A stretch of 64,000 nt of DNA from assembly GCF_025526975.1 (NCBI RefSeq), contig NW_026515675.1, forward strand, positions 558,001 through 622,000, in the 5' to 3' direction. A program made the translations under genes and the position numbers. Of this stretch, positions 36,980-47,635 are shown piece by piece. Source of the DNA: Fimicolochytrium jonesii (lineage: Eukaryota). Position 1 is the stretch's first letter; every line of letters begins with the position of its first letter. The notes under the pieces are model-generated. The model saw only the letters and a program-made list of their open reading frames with translations, had not been told where the DNA came from and made no database searches.

Positions 36980-39900
36980 TTAGCCACGGCGTCCGGATGT
37001 TGTTTTGATGTTGGCAGGCTTTGGTTGGGGTTTGTCGGGGTACTTTTGGTGGAACTGGGCAACAAGCTCTTGACATCGGGCAAGGTGTTCCACTGGCTCC
37101 CATGTGTTCTCCGAGCTTGGCCAACCCTGCCACTTGATGAGGTACTGAAGGTGCGTGCGTCGAACACGGGAGTCAAGAATGTCTTCCACAATCCATTCCT
37201 CCTGTCCTTCGACTTCTTCTGGTGGGGTGGGTTCTGGCTCAGTTCGCTCCGGAATGGTGAAACGTGGTTCAAGAAGGGAGACATGGAAGACGTTGTGAAT
37301 TTTGTAGGATGGGGGAAGCTTGAGGCGATATGTGACCGAGTTGATCTTCTCCGTGATTGTGAAGGGGCCAATCTTACGGTGATCAAGTTTCTGGGAAGGT
37401 CGGAGAGTCTTGAGATTCCGCTGTAAGAGCCAGACACTGTCGCCGGGTTTCATGTCTGGGCCAGGTGCCCTCTTAGCATCGGCAAAGCGCTTCATGCATC
37501 CTTGGGCCTCCTTGAGCTCAGTGGCAAGCTGTTCATGGATTTCCTTGAGATGGTTGGCACGAGCTTCGGCTGCAGGATTAAGGGATTCGGTTAGTGGTGG
37601 CGGAAGCCAGACTGAATCGAGGATGGAACCCATAGTTGGCGTAGAAGGGGGTTGTCTGGGTGGCGGAGTGGATGGTGTTATTGTAAGAGAACTCAGCAGA
37701 AGACAAGAGTTCCTTCCAGTTATCTTGTTGATAGTTGCAAAAGCAGCGAAGGTATTGCTCAAGAATCTGATTGGTCCGCTCGGTTTGTCCATCGCTCTGG
37801 GGATGGAACGCCGATGAGAGGTTGACCTTGGTTCCCAGGAGAGCGAAGAGACGTTTCCAGAAGTGGGAGTTGAACTGTGGGCCACGGTCAGATACAATAT
37901 CGTCGGGGAGTCCATGGAGCCGGATGACATGGTGCCAGATCAGATCTGCAGTTGACTCAGCGGTGGCAGTTTTCCTGCACGGTACAAAGTGCGCCATCTT
38001 GGTGAACCGGCAGATGACAACGAGCACAGAATCAACCCCATCACTGGCGGGTAGATCCGTGATGAAGTCCATGGAAATTGACCCCCAGGGGCGGTCAGGG
38101 ACCTGCAGGGGTTGGAGGAGACCGTAGGGCTTGTGTCTGCTGGTCTTGGCTTGAGCACATACGTCGCAGGACCTGATGTAGGACTTGACAAAACGCCACT
38201 GGCTAGGCCACCAGTAGTTGCGTGAGATGAGCTCCAGGGTCTTTGACATGCCGTAGTGTCCTGCCAAACGCGTGTCATGCATGTCCCGGCAGATCTCAGC
38301 ACGGAGCTTGTTGGTGGGGACGTAGACAAGGTTGTCGTACAGCAGAACCCCATTTTCCTCGGAGAATCGCTTTATCCGTTCTTGGTCTTCTTGAGATTGC
38401 TGGGCAATGGGGGCCCTAAGCTGTCGCCGGATGGTTTGCGCAAACACATCGGATGCCAGGGCAGCTTTGATTTGGTCAAGGAGCGAGGAGTCCAGTGGGG
38501 TCAGATAAGTGGCGGCCAGGCGGAGATGGTCAGGGGTGAGGATCGTGGTTTCCTGGGAGCGGAATGCTTCTTCCCCCTCCCTTAGCTCGTATTCAGAGCG
38601 ACGAGAGAGGGCGTCAGCTTGGTGTTGCTGGGTACCAGGGCGGTATGTGATGACAAAGTCGAAATCAGCAAAGAAGATTGACCAGCGGGATTGGCGGCGG
38701 TTGAGGGTACGGGTAGTCATGAAGTACTGGAGGTTCTTGTGGTCACAGTAAACGATGACCTTGTGGCGGGCACCAATGAGGTGGTGTCGCCATTGAGCAA
38801 ATGAGTCTTGGATAGCCAGGAGTTCCTTGTCGTAGATCTCATAGTTGATTTCCTCAGGAGTAAATTTGCGGGAGTGAAAGGCCACGGGGTGGAGTTGATC
38901 TGTGTCATCGGGTTGAAGGAGGACGGCGCCAAGGGCAAAGTCGGAGGCATTGGATTCGACAATGAAGGGCTTGTCAGGGTCGGGGTGAGTCAGGATAGGT
39001 GCGGAGGTGAAGGCTTTCTTGAGGGTTTCAAAAGCTAGGTGTGCAGCGTGGGTCCATTTGAATGGCAAGTCTTTGCGAGTGAGCGTGGTCAGGGGTGCAA
39101 CGATCGCAGAGTACCCTTTGATGAATCGCCGGTAGAAGTTGGCAAAACCAAGGAAGCGCTGGATGCCTTTGACATTCGTCGGGGGTTCCCATTCGGTAAT
39201 GGCAGCCGTCTTCTTTGGGTCCATGGAAATGCCTTGCTGGGAGATGATAAACCCCAGGAACTCAACAGAGTCACGGTTGAATTCGCATTTTTCCGGTTTC
39301 GCATACAGCCCGTGCTGGCGGAGTCGTGAGAGCACCTCTCGGACGTGGTTGGGGTGGTCTTCTGGGTTTTTTGAGAAGATCAGAATGTCGTCAAGGTAGA
39401 CCACAACAAAAACGTCGAGAATGTCACGGAATATGTCGTTCATGAGGTGTTGGAATACTCCAGGGGCATTGGTGAGCCCAAACGGCATGACATTATACTC
39501 GAATAGGCCGTAGCGACATCGGAACGCTGTCTTCCATTCATCCCCTGGCCGGATCCGAAGAAGGTTGTAGGCTCCCCGGAGGTCAATCTTGGTGAGCCGG
39601 CGTGCCCCTCGAAGACGATCCATGATGCTGTTAATCAAGGGCAAGGGATAGCGATTCTTGATGGTGATATTGTTGAGTCCACGATAGTCGACGCACAGAC
39701 GGAGGGAACCGTCCTTTTTCTTGACAAAGAGGACTGGGGCACCGGCGGGAGACTTGGAGTGCTTGATGAACCCCTTAGCTAGGTTCTCTTCAAGGTAGTC
39801 ACAGAGTGCCTGCATTTCAGGCTCGCTGAGACTATAGATCGGGCCGAACGGTGGCTGTTTGCCCTCTTCTAAGTCGATGGGACAGTCGTAGGGTCGGTGC

Positions 39901-40649
39901 TCTGGGAGGGTATCCGCGTTCTTCTTGGCGAAGACGTCCGCAAAATCTTGGTATTCTTCAGGAATGATGGCCTTCGGATCTTTTGGAGGAGTGGTCGCCA
40001 GGGCTTGGGAATCTGACTTGGTTGGATTGGCGTAGGCAATGAATGCCTGGTCATGCCTTGCCGCCACACGGAAAGCTGGGGCGCTGATAAACGATACGTG
40101 GATCGGTGTGGGTGCTGGGTCCAGTGTGTTGGGTGTCTGGGCCAGGGAGACTGAAATCTCGTCTTGATGGATACGGATCAGAGGTTCAGGGGTTCTTGAG
40201 GGCTTCGGGCTAGGTTCTGTTGGCAGGGCATCCCAGGAGGCGTATTGTCCAAAACCGCAATGGCAGCGGACGCAAAGGGTGCGAGTCTTCCAATGTAGCT
40301 CCACATCATGGAGCTCAAACCAGGGAAGCCCCAGGATGATTGGCGCATGCGGGGAACATGTCACATGGAATACCACCTCCTCAAAATGGTCGTTGACCCA
40401 CATGCCCAAAGGTTGGGTGTGATGGGTAATGGAGCCCGCATGGCTGGGACATCCGTCAACCAGTTCAAGCGCAATGGGGCCCTCCTTCTTGACAAGTGGG
40501 ATGCGGTGCTTGCGGGCATAACTTTCGTCGATGAAGCACGACATCGCACCGGTGTCGAGTAGTGCTGAAAGCTGAACTGGAGCTCGCTGGGCCGATATCT
40601 GCAGGGTAACAGGGTACTCGAATGGTGAGGATGGGCCCAAAGTCCGCAT
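36980..40649 (-). pseudogene. pol: pol of outer B, with a frameshift near 37590 separating the IN C-terminus/chromodomain
   Basis: 1023-aa ORF (LLDTGA, YLDD, IN core) that ends ASATTNRIP. The expected continuation ESLNPAAEAR...EWIVEDILDSR lies in another frame. Confidence 0.88.
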
Positions 40650-40807
40650 GGGTGAGGGTATCTCAGATAGGAGATTGACATTGTTGGTGGTCAGGAGAAG
40701 GGTGTTGCTGGAGATGCCAGGATCGGAGCAAGGTTTTGTGGCTTCTCCCTTGGCAGTACTTGCGTGGTGAGAAGGCCCAGGACAGGTGTTGCCCAGCTGC
40801 TCGGCCT

Positions 40808-43800
40808 TTACTGCAGCTGGACTTGGGCAAAATCCTGGATGGGTGGAGGTTCCTTAACCGCGACAATCGCCGTGCGTATCTTGTTCGGGCAGAGTTTGGC
40901 TATGTGGCCGGGTTTACCACAGTAGAGGCAAAGTTTGTTTGTGATGCGGTGTTGGCGCTCTAGCGGTGTGAGGGGTCCTCGCGGACGAGCAGCGTCAATG
41001 ATCATAGGGTCGTCTGGGCGGTTGTCGGGGCTCATGAGGGTGGGGCTAGTGGTAACTGGCACATATGGCTGTCGGTTCCTGCTTCGCTCTAGACGGCGCT
41101 CAAACAATCGGTTGTCACATTGGATGGCCTGTTCCATCACGGTGTCGATTGAGGCGGTACGGGGCATCGTGAGCATTAAGTCCTTGACGTCTTCTTTGAG
41201 GCCGCGACGGAAGGTGGCAATCAATGCCTGGTCATTCCACGACACATCGCATTGCAGCTGTCGGAATTCAGCTACATACTCTGTTGCTGCACGGGTTTGT
41301 CGAAGGTTCTGGAGCTTGGTTCCCAGGAGAGCGAAGAGACGTTTCCAGAAGTGGGAGTTGAACTGTGGGCCACGGTCAGATACAATATCGTCGGGGAGTC
41401 CATGGAGCCGGATGACATGGTGCCAGATCAGATCTGCAGTTGACTCAGCGGTGGCAGTTTTCCTGCACGGTACAAAGTGCGCCATCTTGGTGAACCGGCA
41501 GATGACAACGAGCACAGAATCAACCCCATCACTGGCGGGTAGATCCGTGATGAAGTCCATGGAAATTGACCCCCAGGGGCGGTCAGGAACCTGCAGGGGT
41601 TGGAGGAGACCGTAGGGCTTGTGTCTGCTGGTCTTGGCTTGAGCACATACGTCGCAGGACCTGATGTAGGACTTGACAAAACGCCACTGGCTAGGCCACC
41701 AGTAGTTGCGTGAGATGAGCTCCAGGGTCTTTGACATGCCGTAGTGTCCTGCCAAACGCGTGTCATGCATGTCCCGGCAGATCTCAGCACGGAGCTTGTT
41801 GGTGGGGACGTAGACAAGGTTGTCGTACAGCAGAACCCCATTTTCCTCGGAGAATCGCTTTATCCGTTCTTGGTCTTCTTGAGATTGCTGGGCAATGGGG
41901 GCCCTAAGCTGTCGCTGGATGGTTTGCGCAAACACATCGGATGCCAGGGCAGCTTTGATTTGGTCAAGGAGCGAGGAGTCCAGTGGGGTCAGATAAGTGG
42001 CGGCCAGGCGGAGATGGTCAGGGGTGAGGATCGTGGTTTCCTGGGAGCGGAATGCTTCTTCCCCCTCCCTTAGCTCGTATTCAGGGCGACGAGAGAGGGC
42101 GTCAGCTTGGTGTTGCTGGGTACCAGGGCGGTATGTGATGACAAAGTCGAAATCAGCAAAGAAGATTGACCAGCGGGCTTGGCGGCGGTTGAGGGTACGG
42201 GTAGTCATGAAGTACTGGAGGTTCTTGTGGTCACAGTAAACGATGACCTTGTGGCGGGCACCAATGAGGTGGTGTCGCCATTGAGCAAATGAGTCTTGGA
42301 TAGCCAGGAGTTCCTTGTCGTAGATCTCATAGTTGATTTCCTCAGGAGTAAATTTGCGGGAGTGAAAGGCCACGGGGTGGAGTTGATCTGTGTCATCGGG
42401 TTGAAGGAGGACGGCGCCAAGGGCAAAGTCGGAGGCATTGGATTCGACAATGAAGGGCTTGTCAGGGTCGGGGTGAGTCAGGATAGGTGCGGAGGTGAAG
42501 GCTTTCTTGAGGGTTTCAAAAGCTAGGTGTGCAGCGTGGGTCCATTTGAATGGCAAGTCATTGCGAGTGAGCGTGGTCAGGGGTGCAACAATCGCAGAGT
42601 ACCCTTTGATGAATCGCCGGTAGAAGTTGGCAAAACCAAGGAAGCGCTGGATGCCTTTGACATTCGTCGGGGGTTCCCATTCGGTAATGGCAGCCGTCTT
42701 CTTTGGGTCCATGGAAATGCCTTGCTGGGAGATGATAAACCCCAGGAACTCAACAGAGTCACGGTTGAATTCGCATTTTTCCGGTTTCGCATACAGCCCG
42801 TGCTGACGGAGTCGTGAGAGCACCTCTCGGACGTGGTTGGGGTGGTCTTCTGGGTTTTTTGAGAAGATCAGAATGTCGTCAAGGTAGACCACAACAAAAA
42901 CGTCGAGAATGTCACGGAATATGTCGTTCATGAGGTGTTGGAATACTCCAGGGGCATTGGTGAGCCCAAACGGCATGACATTATACTCGAATAGGCCGTA
43001 GCGACATCGGAACGCTGTCTTCCATTCATCCCCTGGCCGGATCCGAAGAAGGTTGTAGGCTCCCCGGAGGTCAATCTTGGTGAGCCGGCGTGCCCCTCGA
43101 AGACGATCCATGATGCTGTTAATCAAGGGCAAGGGATAGCGATTCTTGATGGTGATATTGTTGAGTCCACGATAGTCGACGCACAGACGGAGGGAACCGT
43201 CCTTTTTCTTGACAAAGAGGACTGGGGCACCGGCGGGAGACTTGGAGTGCTTGATGAACCCCTTAGCTAGGTTCTCTTCAAGGTAGTCACAGAGTGCCTG
43301 CATTTCAGGCTCGCTGAGACTATAGATCGGGCCGAACGGTGGCTGTTTGCCCTCTTCTAAGTCGATGGGACAGTCGTAGGGTCGGTGCTCTGGGAGGGTA
43401 TCCGCGTTCTTCTTGGCGAAGACGTCCGCAAAATCTTGGTATTCTTCAGGAATGATGGCCTTCGGATCTTTTGGAGGAGTGGTCGCCAGGGCTTGGGAAT
43501 CTGACTTGGTTGGATTGGCGTAGGCAATGAATGCCTGGTCATGCCTTGCCGCCACACGGAAAGCTGGGGCGCTGATAAACGATACGTGGATCGGTGTGGG
43601 TGCTGGGTCCAGTGTGTTGGGTGTCTGGGCCAGGGAGACTGAAATCTCGTCTTGATGGATACGGATCAGAGGTTCAGGGGTTCTTGAGGGCTTCGGGCTA
43701 GGTTCTGTTGGCAGGGCATCCCAGGAGGCGTATTGTCCAAAACCGCAATGGCAGCGGACGCAAAGGGTGCGAGTCTTCCAATGTAGCTCCACATCATGGA

Positions 43801-44137
43801 GCTCAAACCAGGGAAGCCCCAGGATGATTGGCGCATGCGGGGAACATGTCACATGGAATACCACCTCCTCAAAATGGTCGTTGACCCACATGCCCAAAGG
43901 TTGGGTGTGATGGGTAATGGAGCCCGCATGGCTGGGACATCCGTCAACCAGTTCAAGCGCAATGGGGCCCTCCTTCTTGACAAGTGGGATGCGGTGCTTG
44001 CGGGCATAACTTTCGTCGATGAAGCACGACATCGCACCGGTGTCGAGTAGTGCTGAAAGCTGAACTGGAGCTCGCTGGGCCGATATCTGCAGGGTAACAG
44101 GGTACTCGAATGGTGAGGATGGGCCCAAAGTCCGCAT
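40808..44137 (-). CDS. Chimeric Pol(PR-RT-RH-partial IN)::Gag C-terminus ORF, 1109 aa
   Basis: ...FALLGTK|LQNLRQTRAATEY...CLYCGKPGHIAKLC is fused in frame. Confidence 0.8.
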   Translation of the reverse strand: MRTLGPSSPFEYPVTLQISAQRAPVQLSALLDTGAMSCFIDESYARKHRIPLVKKEGPIALELVDGCPSHAGSITHHTQPLGMWVNDHFEEVVFHVTCSPHAPIILGLPWFELHDVELHWKTRTLCVRCHCGFGQYASWDALPTEPSPKPSRTPEPLIRIHQDEISVSLAQTPNTLDPAPTPIHVSFISAPAFRVAARHDQAFIAYANPTKSDSQALATTPPKDPKAIIPEEYQDFADVFAKKNADTLPEHRPYDCPIDLEEGKQPPFGPIYSLSEPEMQALCDYLEENLAKGFIKHSKSPAGAPVLFVKKKDGSLRLCVDYRGLNNITIKNRYPLPLINSIMDRLRGARRLTKIDLRGAYNLLRIRPGDEWKTAFRCRYGLFEYNVMPFGLTNAPGVFQHLMNDIFRDILDVFVVVYLDDILIFSKNPEDHPNHVREVLSRLRQHGLYAKPEKCEFNRDSVEFLGFIISQQGISMDPKKTAAITEWEPPTNVKGIQRFLGFANFYRRFIKGYSAIVAPLTTLTRNDLPFKWTHAAHLAFETLKKAFTSAPILTHPDPDKPFIVESNASDFALGAVLLQPDDTDQLHPVAFHSRKFTPEEINYEIYDKELLAIQDSFAQWRHHLIGARHKVIVYCDHKNLQYFMTTRTLNRRQARWSIFFADFDFVITYRPGTQQHQADALSRRPEYELREGEEAFRSQETTILTPDHLRLAATYLTPLDSSLLDQIKAALASDVFAQTIQRQLRAPIAQQSQEDQERIKRFSEENGVLLYDNLVYVPTNKLRAEICRDMHDTRLAGHYGMSKTLELISRNYWWPSQWRFVKSYIRSCDVCAQAKTSRHKPYGLLQPLQVPDRPWGSISMDFITDLPASDGVDSVLVVICRFTKMAHFVPCRKTATAESTADLIWHHVIRLHGLPDDIVSDRGPQFNSHFWKRLFALLGTKLQNLRQTRAATEYVAEFRQLQCDVSWNDQALIATFRRGLKEDVKDLMLTMPRTASIDTVMEQAIQCDNRLFERRLERSRNRQPYVPVTTSPTLMSPDNRPDDPMIIDAARPRGPLTPLERQHRITNKLCLYCGKPGHIAKLCPNKIRTAIVAVKEPPPIQDFAQVQLQ

Positions 44138-45803
44138 GGGTGAGGGTATCTCAGATAGGAGATTGACATTGTTGGTGGTCAGGAGAAGGGTGTTGCTGGA
44201 GATGCCAGGATCGGAGCAAGGTTTTGTGGCTTCTCCCTTGGCAGTACTTGCGTGGTGAGAAGGCCCAGGACAGGTGTTGCCCAGCTGCTCGGCCTTTACT
44301 GCAGCTGGACTTGGGCAAAATCCTGGATGGGTGGAGGTTCCTTAACCGCGACAATCGCCGTGCGTATCTTGTTCGGGCAGAGTTTGGCTATGTGGCCGGG
44401 TTTACCACAGTAGAGGCAAAGTTTGTTTGTGATGCGGTGTTGGCGCTCTAGCGGTGTGAGGGGTCCTCGCGGACGAGCAGCGTCAATGATCATAGGGTCG
44501 TCTGGGCGGTTGTCGGGGCTCATGAGGGTGGGGCTAGTGGTAACTGGCACATATGGCTGTCGGTTCCTGCTTCGCTCTAGACGGCGCTCAAACAATCGGT
44601 TGTCACATTGGATGGCCTGTTCCATCACGGTGTCGATTGAGGCGGTACGGGGCATCGTGAGCATTAAGTCCTTGACGTCTTCTTTGAGGCCGCGACGGAA
44701 GGTGGCAATCAATGCCTGGTCATTCCACGACACATCGCATTGCAGCTGTCGGAATTCAGCTACATACTCTGTTGCTGCACGGGTTTGTCGAAGGTTCTGG
44801 AGCTTGTTTTCGGACGTGCGGATCCTGTCGCTGTCTCCAAAGACTGCTTGCATTTGCTGGATGAAATCATCCAGGTTCGTAAGGGAATGATGGTCTTGTT
44901 CGACAAGGGGCGCCAGCCAGGCCTGGGCGGTGCCAGTGAGGTAGGTGCCAATAGTTCGTATCTTGGTCTGATCGTTGGGGTAGCGCCTGGGTTGGAGGGC
45001 GAACATGAGCCGGATCTGGTTGAGGAACCCACGGAACTTGCTTCGGGTGCCATCAAATTTGTCTGGGAGACTGATTTTGGGTTCGGGGGCGTGGGTGGCA
45101 GGGGCAGTGGTCTGGGTTTGCGCTAGTTCGGCTTGTAGGGTGGTATTCTGCGCTCGAAGTTCGTCAATCGCATTGCACATGGCTTGCCAGGCTTTGGCCG
45201 TGAGGGGAAGGGCGTCGGACATGGTGATTTGGCGTGGAGGTACAGCGGCTGGGGGTTGTTGAGCAGATCAAACTGTTATGAATGGCGGAGCCGATGGAAA
45301 TAGAGGCGACTTGTGGTGCAGGTTGTTGACAGGTAATGGTATTCAGACCGAAAACAAGAACTAGAACAAGACTAGGAAGAACTGGTGTTGATCTGCTGGG
45401 GGATCAGGACGTGGGGAGCTCAGGGGAGGCGGCTATTTATGTTTTTCTGGGAAGGCTGGGGAAGCGTGGGGAAGCAGAAGGGTACGGAATGAGAGGGAAG
45501 CCAAGAGAAGCGCCAAGGGTGGGGAAGCATAGAAACAGAAGACTGGGGATGGGGTGGCTACGCTGAGGCTGTGGGCGGGTACGTGAGGAAGTATGGAGAA
45601 GGGTTTGTAAGCGCCGAGTGTTGGGAGGTGTGGCTACGTGCGGCTGCGTGGAGAAATGAAGGCAGTGGCAGGTGTGGGGTAGCGCGGCTGCGTGCGGCTG
45701 CGAGGTTTGGCAGATGTCAGGTTTTGACAGGGAATTGACATTGACTGACTGTTGGGATGCTGTCATGAGGTAAGCGCATGGTATGGACGCGTCGTCCATA
45801 ACA
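41315..45803 (-). mobile_element. Inner, 3'-truncated copy of element B inserted in the gag of outer B
   Basis: A third B-type LTR (45274-45803) interrupts the outer-B gag at DQTKI. It is followed by a PBS, a complete gag and a pol that ends in integrase at a CTTG microhomology junction (41315-41318). Confidence 0.8.
44296..45222 (-). CDS. gag: Intact Gag of inner B (capsid-like region plus CCHC knuckle)
   Basis: 308-aa ORF with LPDKFDGTRSKFRGF, LRQTRAATEYVAEF and CLYCGKPGHIAKLC. Confidence 0.9.
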   Translation of the reverse strand: MSDALPLTAKAWQAMCNAIDELRAQNTTLQAELAQTQTTAPATHAPEPKISLPDKFDGTRSKFRGFLNQIRLMFALQPRRYPNDQTKIRTIGTYLTGTAQAWLAPLVEQDHHSLTNLDDFIQQMQAVFGDSDRIRTSENKLQNLRQTRAATEYVAEFRQLQCDVSWNDQALIATFRRGLKEDVKDLMLTMPRTASIDTVMEQAIQCDNRLFERRLERSRNRQPYVPVTTSPTLMSPDNRPDDPMIIDAARPRGPLTPLERQHRITNKLCLYCGKPGHIAKLCPNKIRTAIVAVKEPPPIQDFAQVQLQ

Positions 45804-47098
45804 GTATCTTGGTCTGATCGTTGGGGTAGCGCTTGGGTTGGAGGGCGAACATGAGCCGGATCTGGTTGAGGAACCCACGGAACTTGCTTCGGGTGCCATC
45901 AAATTTGTCTGGGAGACTGATTTTGGGTTCGGCGGCGTGGGTGGCAGGGGCAGTGGTCTGGGTTTGCGCTAGTTCGGCTTGTAGGGTGGTATTCTGCGCT
46001 CGAAGTTCGTCAATCGCATTGCACATGGCTTGCCAGGCTTCGGCCGTGAGGGGAAGGGCGTCGGACATGGTGATTTGGCGTGGAGGTACAGCGGCTGGGG
46101 GTTGTTGAGCAGATCAAACTGTTATGAATGGGCAGAGCCGATGGAAATAGAGGCGACTTGTGGTGCAGGTTGTTGACAGGTAATGGTATTCAGACCGAAA
46201 CAAGAACTAGAACAAGACTAGGAAGAACTGGTGTTGATCTGCTGGGGGATCAGGAAGTGGGGAGCTCAGGGGAGGCGGCTATTTATGTTTTTCTGGGAAG
46301 GCTGGGGAAGCGTGGGGAAGCAGAAGGGTACGGAATGAGAGGGAAGCCAAGAGAAGCCCCAAGGGTGGGGAAGCATAGAAACAGAAGACTGGGGATGGGG
46401 TGGCTACGCTGAGGCTGTGGGCGGGTACGTGGGGAAGTATGGAGAAGGGTTTGTAAGCGCCGAGTGTTGGGAGGTGTGGCTACGTGCGGCTGCGTGGAGA
46501 AATGAAGGCAGTGGCAGGTGTGGGGTAGCGCGGCTGCGTGCGGCTGCGAGGTTTGGCAGATGTCAGGTTTTGACAGGGAATTGACATTGACTGACTGTTG
46601 GGATGCTGTCATGAGGTAAGCGCATGGTATGGACGCGTCGTCCATAACAAGGGGCGCCATCCAGGCTTGCGCAGTGCCGGTGAGGTAGGTGCCAATAGTT
46701 TGGATCTTGATGATGTCGCTGGGGTAGCGGTCGGGCTGGAGAGCAAACATCAACCGGATGTTGTTCAACCACCCACGGAATTTGCTGCGGGTACCATCAA
46801 ACTTCTCGGGCAAGCTGATTCTTGGCTCCAGAGCAGGGTTGGCGACTTGGGGACGGGTGTACGTATCGGCTTGAACCTGGGCGGCGATGCTCTGGGCAGC
46901 TTGTGCGGCGGCTTGGGCTTGCGCTAGGTTGGCCTGCAAGTTGGCGTTTTGGCTTTGCAAGGCGGTGATGGCTTGGCACATATCGTTCCATTGCTTGGCG
47001 GTGAAAGGTACGGATTCGGGTTGGGACATGGCGAAAAAGGTTTGTCGGATGCAGGGCTGGACAGGTTCTGAACTTCGCAGTGTTGGAGCAGATCAAAC

Positions 47099-47635
47099 TG
47101 TTATGATCTCGACGACGGGGCGGAAGCGAAGTAGAGAAGACAGGGCGAGTGTGATGGGCGACAAGAGATTGTATTGGCGAAACAAGAAACAAGGACTAGA
47201 ACAGGAGATGAGAAGAACTGGTGTTGATCTGCTGGGGAGGAAGGGAATAGACAAAGAGAGGCCAGCTATTTATAGATAGGCAACCCAGCAGATCAGAGAA
47301 CAACAACAACAAGAGGGGACTGGGGGGCGCCAGCTATGCTCCTAGAGCGTGCGTGGCGAGCGTAGAGAGCATTGCTACAGCTGCTGGCTATGGGGAAGCA
47401 GTGGGGGGTGTGGAGAAGCCGAGGGGGGATTGGCGAAATGAGAGGAGAGAGGAGGAGTGGCGATATTGCAAGAGGATTGGCGAAATGAGAGGAGAGAGGG
47501 GGAGTGGCATTGACATTGACATTGACACTGACATTGACACTGACATTGACATTGACATTGGCGTTTGACATTTGGCGGTTGACATTGGCGGCTGTCAGTA
47601 GGTAAGCTTATGGTATGGGCGCGTCGTCCATAACA
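47099..47635 (-). repeat. 5' LTR of element A
   Basis: Near-identical to 31386-31922. On the minus strand it is followed by the PBS-position sequence TTGATCTGCT. Confidence 0.95.

Larger units (their letters stand above)
36438..46649 (-). mobile_element. Ty3/Gypsy chromovirus 'B' (outer copy) nested in the gag of A
   Basis: 530-bp LTRs at 36438-36967 and 46120-46649, with a perfect 5-bp TSD AGGGG (36433-37, 46650-54). A PPT lies next to 36968. Confidence 0.93.
35814..47029 (-). pseudogene. gag: gag of element A, split by the B insertion (47029-46650 joined to 36437-35814)
   Basis: MSQPESVPF...LPEKFDGTRSKFRG...WMAPL|VERPDHS...[14 protein letters not shown] rejoins in frame across the AGGGG TSD. 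Confidence 0.9.
31386..47635 (-). mobile_element. Ty3/Gypsy chromovirus LTR retrotransposon 'A' (outer element, interrupted in gag by element B)
   Basis: 537-bp TG...CA LTRs at 31386-31922 and 47099-47635, with a near-TSD TAGAG/TCGAG. A polypurine tract lies next to 31923. Gene order is gag, PR, RT, RNase H, IN, chromodomain. Confidence 0.95.

Noticed and set aside
37828..44806. 3488-bp duplication as a pure assembly artefact
   Set aside because: The copies differ at several codons, and the extra LTR plus partial gag fit a nested insertion followed by deletion. Long reads are still needed to exclude an artefact fully.
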